DNA of 64,000 nt from an uncultured bacterium (GTDB lineage: Bacteria; Chloroflexota; UBA5177; JANWHV01): the NCBI GenBank assembly GCA_963827235.1, contig CAWHAE010000010.1, forward strand, positions 416,001 through 480,000, read 5' to 3'. Under the pieces are notes generated by a model. It saw only the letters and a program-made list of their open reading frames with translations. It was not told the origin of the DNA and did not search any database. A program made the position numbers and the translations under genes. Each line of letters begins with the position of its first letter. The stretch's first letter is position 1. This document shows, piece after piece, positions 59,065-64,000 of this stretch.

Positions 59065-61050
59065 TCAGTTGTCCATGGCGTTGGCGCTGGATGCAGCCCA
59101 TCCGGTAGGCAGAGGCGGCTCCAGCTCCACCGGGCTGCCGGCGCTGCCGTTTGCCAGGCCGACCACTTTGAGGATGTCCTGTTCGTCCAGCGACTCCTGC
59201 TCCAGCAGAGCCTCGGCGAGCGCAGTGAGCTGTTGCGCGTGCGAGCGAAGCGTCGACACGGCCTGGGTGTAGCAGTCGTCGATAATGCGCTTGATCTCCT
59301 CGTCGATCTTGCCGGCAGTGTCGTCGCTGTAGTTGCGCTGCGTGGCAAGCTCTCTACCCAAGAACACCTCGTCCTCAGAGCCACCGTACGCCACCAGGCC
59401 CAGTGTATGACTCATGCCCCACTTGGTTACCATCTGGCGCGCGATGTCGGTCACCTGCTTGAGATCGTTCTCCGCTCCGGAGGTCACCACGCCGAATACG
59501 ATCTCCTCCGCGGCACGGCCGCCAAGAGCGCCGATGATGCGCGCCCGCAGGAAGTCCTCGGGGTAGTTGTGCCGGTCGTCCAGCGGCATTTGATAGGTGA
59601 CGCCAAGCGCCTGGCCTCGGGGAACGATCGTCACACGCCGGACCGGATCCGAGCCGGGTATCAGCACGCCAAGCAGGGCGTGGCCGCCCTCGTGAAACGC
59701 GACGCGGCGCCGATCCTCGGCGTTCAGCATGATGTGCCTCTCGACGCCAAGAATGATCTTTTCCATCGCCTCGTTGAAGTCTACGCGCTTCACGGCGTCG
59801 CGGTTGCGGCGGGCGGCAAGCAGCGCCGCCTCGTTGACGAGATTGCGCAGCTCGGCTCCGACCAATCCGGGCGTGATCGAGGCGATGTCCTGCAGGTCGA
59901 CGTCGGCATCCAGCGGCACGTGCCGGGTGTGCACCTTGAGAATCGCTTCTCGCCCGGCGCGGTCAGGACGCTGCACGCTGACGCGGCGGTCGAAACGACC
60001 GGGCCGCAGAAGGGCGGCATCCAGCACGTCGGGACGGTTGGTGGCCGCCAACACGATCACGGCTTGACGCGTGTCGAAGCCGTCCATCTCCGTGAGCAAC
60101 TGGTTGAGCGTCTGTTCGCGCTCGTCGTTGCCACCACCCAACCCTGCGCCGCGCTGGCGACCGACCGCGTCGAGCTCGTCTACGAAAATGATTGACGGTG
60201 CATTCACCTTTGCCTGGGCGAAAAGGTCGCGCACCCGGCTGGCGCCCACGCCGACCAGCATCTCGACGAACTCGCTCGCGCTCATGTTGTAGAACGGCAC
60301 GTTGGCCTCACCGGCCACGGCCTTGGCCAGAAGGGTCTTGCCGGTGCCAGGCGGGCCGATGAGCAGTACTCCCTTAGGAATGGTGCCACCGAGGCGCTGG
60401 TACTTGGCCGGGTTCTTGAGGAAATCGACGATCTCTACCAGCTCGTCCTTTGACTCCTCCACGCCGGCGACGTCGGCAAATGTGATTCGCGGCTGCTCCT
60501 TGTCGTACAGCCGGGCTCGGCTTCGGCCAAATCCGAAGATGCCCTGCTGTTGATTGGTCGCGCGCCGGCTGAGCCAGATGAGTCCGGCGACCAGCAGGAT
60601 CACCGGGCCGAAGCTCAACAGAAAGCCGAGGAGAGGACTGCTCCCGTCCACCTGCTTGACGTTGACGTCCACGTTGTGCTGCTTCAGCAGGGGAGCCAAG
60701 GCGTCGTCGGTGTAGGCGGGAATGTTGGTCGAGAAATTCTTCGTGGCGACGGCCTTGCCGTCGGTGTCGACGACGTCGATCGTTTGGCCGCCGAAAGAGC
60801 CCGTGATAGAATCGCCCTGGTTCGTGATCGACTTCACCTTGTTCTGCACGACCAGGCTTTCAAAGGTCGTGTACGTGATCGAGGTGTAGTTGGAGCTGGT
60901 GTTCTGCAGCAGCGGTGCAAGCCAGATGTTGCCGATCAGCAGTGCGAAGAGCAACACTATCCAGAGAAAGGAGAACCGTATTCCGCCGGGTGGCCGGCCA
61001 CCCTGGTTCTGATTGGGCTTGGACGGGCCCCGGCGATTGTCCATGGACAT
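59065..61050 (-). CDS. ftsH: ATP-dependent zinc metalloprotease
   Basis: Two TM segments, [24 protein letters not shown]. Confidence 0.97.
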   Translation of the reverse strand: MSMDNRRGPSKPNQNQGGRPPGGIRFSFLWIVLLFALLIGNIWLAPLLQNTSSNYTSITYTTFESLVVQNKVKSITNQGDSITGSFGGQTIDVVDTDGKAVATKNFSTNIPAYTDDALAPLLKQHNVDVNVKQVDGSSPLLGFLLSFGPVILLVAGLIWLSRRATNQQQGIFGFGRSRARLYDKEQPRITFADVAGVEESKDELVEIVDFLKNPAKYQRLGGTIPKGVLLIGPPGTGKTLLAKAVAGEANVPFYNMSASEFVEMLVGVGASRVRDLFAQAKVNAPSIIFVDELDAVGRQRGAGLGGGNDEREQTLNQLLTEMDGFDTRQAVIVLAATNRPDVLDAALLRPGRFDRRVSVQRPDRAGREAILKVHTRHVPLDADVDLQDIASITPGLVGAELRNLVNEAALLAARRNRDAVKRVDFNEAMEKIILGVERHIMLNAEDRRRVAFHEGGHALLGVLIPGSDPVRRVTIVPRGQALGVTYQMPLDDRHNYPEDFLRARIIGALGGRAAEEIVFGVVTSGAENDLKQVTDIARQMVTKWGMSHTLGLVAYGGSEDEVFLGRELATQRNYSDDTAGKIDEEIKRIIDDCYTQAVSTLRSHAQQLTALAEALLEQESLDEQDILKVVGLANGSAGSPVELEPPLPTGWAASSANAMDN

Positions 61051-61239
61051 ATACGTGCGCTCCTCTCGCGGGTGCAGCGCAGCGGTCTCAGTAGGCAGGA
61101 CCGCGGTTCAGGATGTGGTCACGTGCTACAATTGGCAAAGGCCCATCGCGTGCCGTGCGAGCCCATAGCCAGGCTCTCACTAGAGTCCAAGATACCGGCA
61201 GGCCAACTTGCCAGCAAGAAGCGTGGTTATGGCGTTCCC

Positions 61240-62187
61240 ATGAGTACTAGACAGGTTGTCGCGCTCGGCGGTGCCGCATTTGGAGCGCTGCTCGCCCTGA
61301 ATGGGGCGCTGAGCCGTTCTCCCTCTCCTCCGTTGAAGTCTACCATGCCGGGCGACGCCCGACGCTTCAACTGGGACGAGGGAGCGATTCATTACGTGGT
61401 GACCGGCAGCGGAACGCCGATCGTGCTCGTGCACGGGCTGGGCGTCGCTTCGTCCTCATTCGAGTTCCGCTACGTCGTCGAGCTTTTCGCCCGTTCGCAC
61501 ACCGTCTACACACCTGACTTGCTGGGCTTTGGTCTCTCCGACCATCCCGTGATCGACTACTCGAGCGCGACGTACGTACGCCTGCTGAAGGACTTCCTGG
61601 CGCGCGAGGTTCGCGGCGCGGCGATGCTAGTGGGCTGCGGTCTGTCTGCACTGTACTGCGTTGCCGCGGCAGCTTCCATGCCGGACGAGATCTCGGCCGT
61701 GGTCATGTGTATGCCCAGTCCGCCGGACGGCAGGCCCGACCTGCCGCCACCGATGAGGGCCGTGGTCGATACGGCCCTGTCGGCCCCGGTGCTGGGCCAG
61801 AGCCTTTTCCGGCTATTGACCGCGCGGAACGCCATACGGTCGCACCTGCGCGAGAGAGCCTACTGCAACCCCGACCTGGTCACCGAATCGATGGTCGACG
61901 CTCAGTACGCCCTGGCGCACCAGCCTAACGCGCTGACGGCGCCGCACGCATACCTGGCGGGCCGTCTGGGACTGGACGTCTCTCGTGATCTGGCCGGCCT
62001 CGCCAAGCCGATGCTCGTGGTAGCCGGCGCCAATGCCAATCCGTCGCCAAACCACTGGCTCGCCCAGTATGTACGCCTGGCTCCTCACGCGCGAGTAGCG
62101 ATGATCCCAAGTTGCGGCGCATTGCCGCACGAGGAGCAGCCGGAGCAGTTCGTCAACGCCATCCGCACCTGGATCGAGAATCGTTGA
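61240..62187 (+). CDS. Alpha/beta hydrolase-fold protein with an N-terminal anchor; nucleophile Ser absent
   Basis: VLVHGLG, PDLLGFGLSD, LVGCGLSA, LPHEEQP. Confidence 0.85.
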   Translation: MSTRQVVALGGAAFGALLALNGALSRSPSPPLKSTMPGDARRFNWDEGAIHYVVTGSGTPIVLVHGLGVASSSFEFRYVVELFARSHTVYTPDLLGFGLSDHPVIDYSSATYVRLLKDFLAREVRGAAMLVGCGLSALYCVAAAASMPDEISAVVMCMPSPPDGRPDLPPPMRAVVDTALSAPVLGQSLFRLLTARNAIRSHLRERAYCNPDLVTESMVDAQYALAHQPNALTAPHAYLAGRLGLDVSRDLAGLAKPMLVVAGANANPSPNHWLAQYVRLAPHARVAMIPSCGALPHEEQPEQFVNAIRTWIENR

Positions 62188-64000
62188 GCCGCTGTGACAG
62201 CCCGACCGGCAGCGAAGGACGCCTTACCGAAGACCGCGCAGTCGTGCCGTATGTGCTATCGCTGGCCATGGCCTGCATCTACGCTGTGTTCTTCGGCTGG
62301 CTGAGCATACAGCGCTACGACGCGTTCCTCATGCACGCGCTTGACATGGGCAACATGGATCAGGCAGTGTGGAACACCCTTCACGGTAACCTGTTCCACT
62401 TCACAAACATGCGCGCGCACCTGGACAAGGAAGCGTGGGGCACGACGACGCGGCTCAGCTTCCATGTCGAGCCGATTCTGTTGCCCCTCTCGCTGGTCTA
62501 TCTCATCTATGCATCGCCGGTGACCCTGATCGTGGTGCAGGCGGTGTGCGTCGCATTCGGGGCGCCGGCTGCCTGCCGGCTCGCGCTTCGCGTCACGCAT
62601 AGCCGTGGCCTGGCGATCGCGGCGCCTGCCGCTTACCTGCTTGCCCCTTCCCTGGAAGCGGCCACTCTGTACGAATTTCACCCGGTTACGCTCGTGGCTC
62701 CGGCGCTGCTCTGGGCCTTCGTGTTTCTCGAAGAGCGTCGCTACCGCCTGTTCATTCTCTTCGCCGTGCTGTCGATCTCCTGCAAGGAGGAGATCGGACT
62801 TGTCGTTGCCTGCATGGCACTCTGGCATTGGTGGCGCGGCGGGAGTCGCAAGCTCGCCATCCTGGTGGCGGTAGTCAGCGCAAGCTGGTCGCTGGTGGCG
62901 GTTGGCTGGATAGTGCCTCATTTCGGCAGTGGACCCAGTGCCTACTGGCAGCGATACATCAACGCAGCGGACGAAGGAGCATCGAGCCCAGGAGCGCTAG
63001 GCGTGTTCAAGAACTGGCTGCACCACCCTGACAGGCTGTGGCACGCGGTCGTCATGTGGCCGAAGGCATCAATGCTTCACCGCTACTTCATCGCGACCGG
63101 CTATCTCAGTCTGTTCAGCCTTCCGGCGCTCGCAATAGGCTTTCCATCGCTCGGCATCATCCTGCTTTCCACGGATCAGCACATGTACGGCGGCCTTGGC
63201 CAGTACTCGGCGGAGCTCGTACCGGTCGGCGTTGCCGCGGCGATCTACGGCTTCGCCTGGCTTGTCGCCTATGGCACGAGACACGGCCTCGGGCATCGGT
63301 GGGTCGCCGGCGTGCTAATCGTCGTGCTTGCGGTGTCCGCGCTGGCGAATCAACGCCTCAATGGATTCACGCCTATCGCCGACGGATACTCGGCGCCGGT
63401 GATGTCGGCGCACACGTTGCTCGGCCAGCACCTGCTCAAGCTCATTCCGCCGGGCGTCGCCGTGAGCTCAATGGACCAGCTCAATCCGCATCTGGGCGAC
63501 CGCGCAAAGAGCTACCTGTTTCCGGACGTCGGCGACGCGGAATACGTGGCGCTCGACGTGACGTCGAACGTCAACCCGGGCCTGCCGGTCGACCAATACA
63601 ACACGGCGATGGATCTCTTGCGCTCGCGGCACTGGCAGATCCTGGCCGCCGACGATGGCTATCTGATTCTGCATCGCATCGACAAGCAGTTGCCGGCGGT
63701 ACCCGCCATCCCTTCGTCGTTCTATACGTTCGCGCTCGAGCCCGACGAGGGCCAGCCTGCCATTGCGGACTTTGGACCGGACCTCCAGCTGGTAGGCCTG
63801 AGCACCGAGCGCCGAGAGCAAGTCAACCTGCGCATACCTGATACGATCATAGTGAGCTCGTGGCGCGTGTTGCGCCCTCTTCCGGCCTCCACCCACATGC
63901 GAGAGCTCACCTTCTTTACAGACGGGAAGCAGCAAGGAAGCATTATCGACAGGCCGACCACGGACTGGCTACCCATGGGCACGTGGCGACCTGGAGAGAT
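62184..64000 (+). CDS. DUF2079 family polytopic membrane protein (GT-C-like), runs off the window end
   Basis: Frame read manually: LDMGNMDQAVWN, FHVEPIL, EFHP, CKEE; absent from the ORF track because it has no stop in the window; start 62184-62268. Confidence 0.85.
   Translation, partial: MSRCDSPTGSEGRLTEDRAVVPYVLSLAMACIYAVFFGWLSIQRYDAFLMHALDMGNMDQAVWNTLHGNLFHFTNMRAHLDKEAWGTTTRLSFHVEPILLPLSLVYLIYASPVTLIVVQAVCVAFGAPAACRLALRVTHSRGLAIAAPAAYLLAPSLEAATLYEFHPVTLVAPALLWAFVFLEERRYRLFILFAVLSISCKEEIGLVVACMALWHWWRGGSRKLAILVAVVSASWSLVAVGWIVPHFGSGPSAYWQRYINAADEGASSPGALGVFKNWLHHPDRLWHAVVMWPKASMLHRYFIATGYLSLFSLPALAIGFPSLGIILLSTDQHMYGGLGQYSAELVPVGVAAAIYGFAWLVAYGTRHGLGHRWVAGVLIVVLAVSALANQRLNGFTPIADGYSAPVMSAHTLLGQHLLKLIPPGVAVSSMDQLNPHLGDRAKSYLFPDVGDAEYVALDVTSNVNPGLPVDQYNTAMDLLRSRHWQILAADDGYLILHRIDKQLPAVPAIPSSFYTFALEPDEGQPAIADFGPDLQLVGLSTERREQVNLRIPDTIIVSSWRVLRPLPASTHMRELTFFTDGKQQGSIIDRPTTDWLPMGTWRPGE

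Overview
High-GC bacterial chromosomal window (spot counts about 65% GC; gene content suggests a monoderm such as Chloroflexota, which is inference only). No rRNA, tRNA, CRISPR array, integrase or transposase was recognised. Left half (1-32.6 kb): a large polyol/sugar-acid catabolic locus. It holds two URO-D/MtaA-fold proteins, DhaKL, a TIM-barrel epimerase, three SDRs, a Zn dehydrogenase, a DHDPS-family aldolase, two D-2-hydroxyacid dehydrogenases, an Ldh_2 oxidoreductase, an enolase-superfamily dehydratase, a UxaE-like epimerase, an atypical transaldolase, an aldehyde dehydrogenase, a sugar ABC transporter, a CocE hydrolase and a DUF1537 kinase module. Its operons appear linked by a recurring operator (GTCAACTGTTGAC and variants) that overlaps five sigma70-type promoters. 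It includes a compositionally foreign 3-gene cassette (about 6.05-9.3 kb) and two unusual secreted proteins, one a trypsin-fold protein lacking its whole catalytic triad. Right half: mostly housekeeping (multi-PAS kinase, gnd, DUF3054-DUF47-PiT with a switch-like leader, acs, GDE-like protein, queF, dinG, upp, PhoR-like kinase, ftsY, ffh, stand-alone sigma4 protein, RibD_C, DEDDh-GIY-YIG fusion, class IV aminotransferase, RlmI-like MTase, glbO, ftsH, alpha/beta hydrolase, DUF2079). About 11 apparent frameshifts, mostly within 13-22 kb, reflect either long-read indel errors or local decay. All family calls come from motif recognition by eye; no database search was run.
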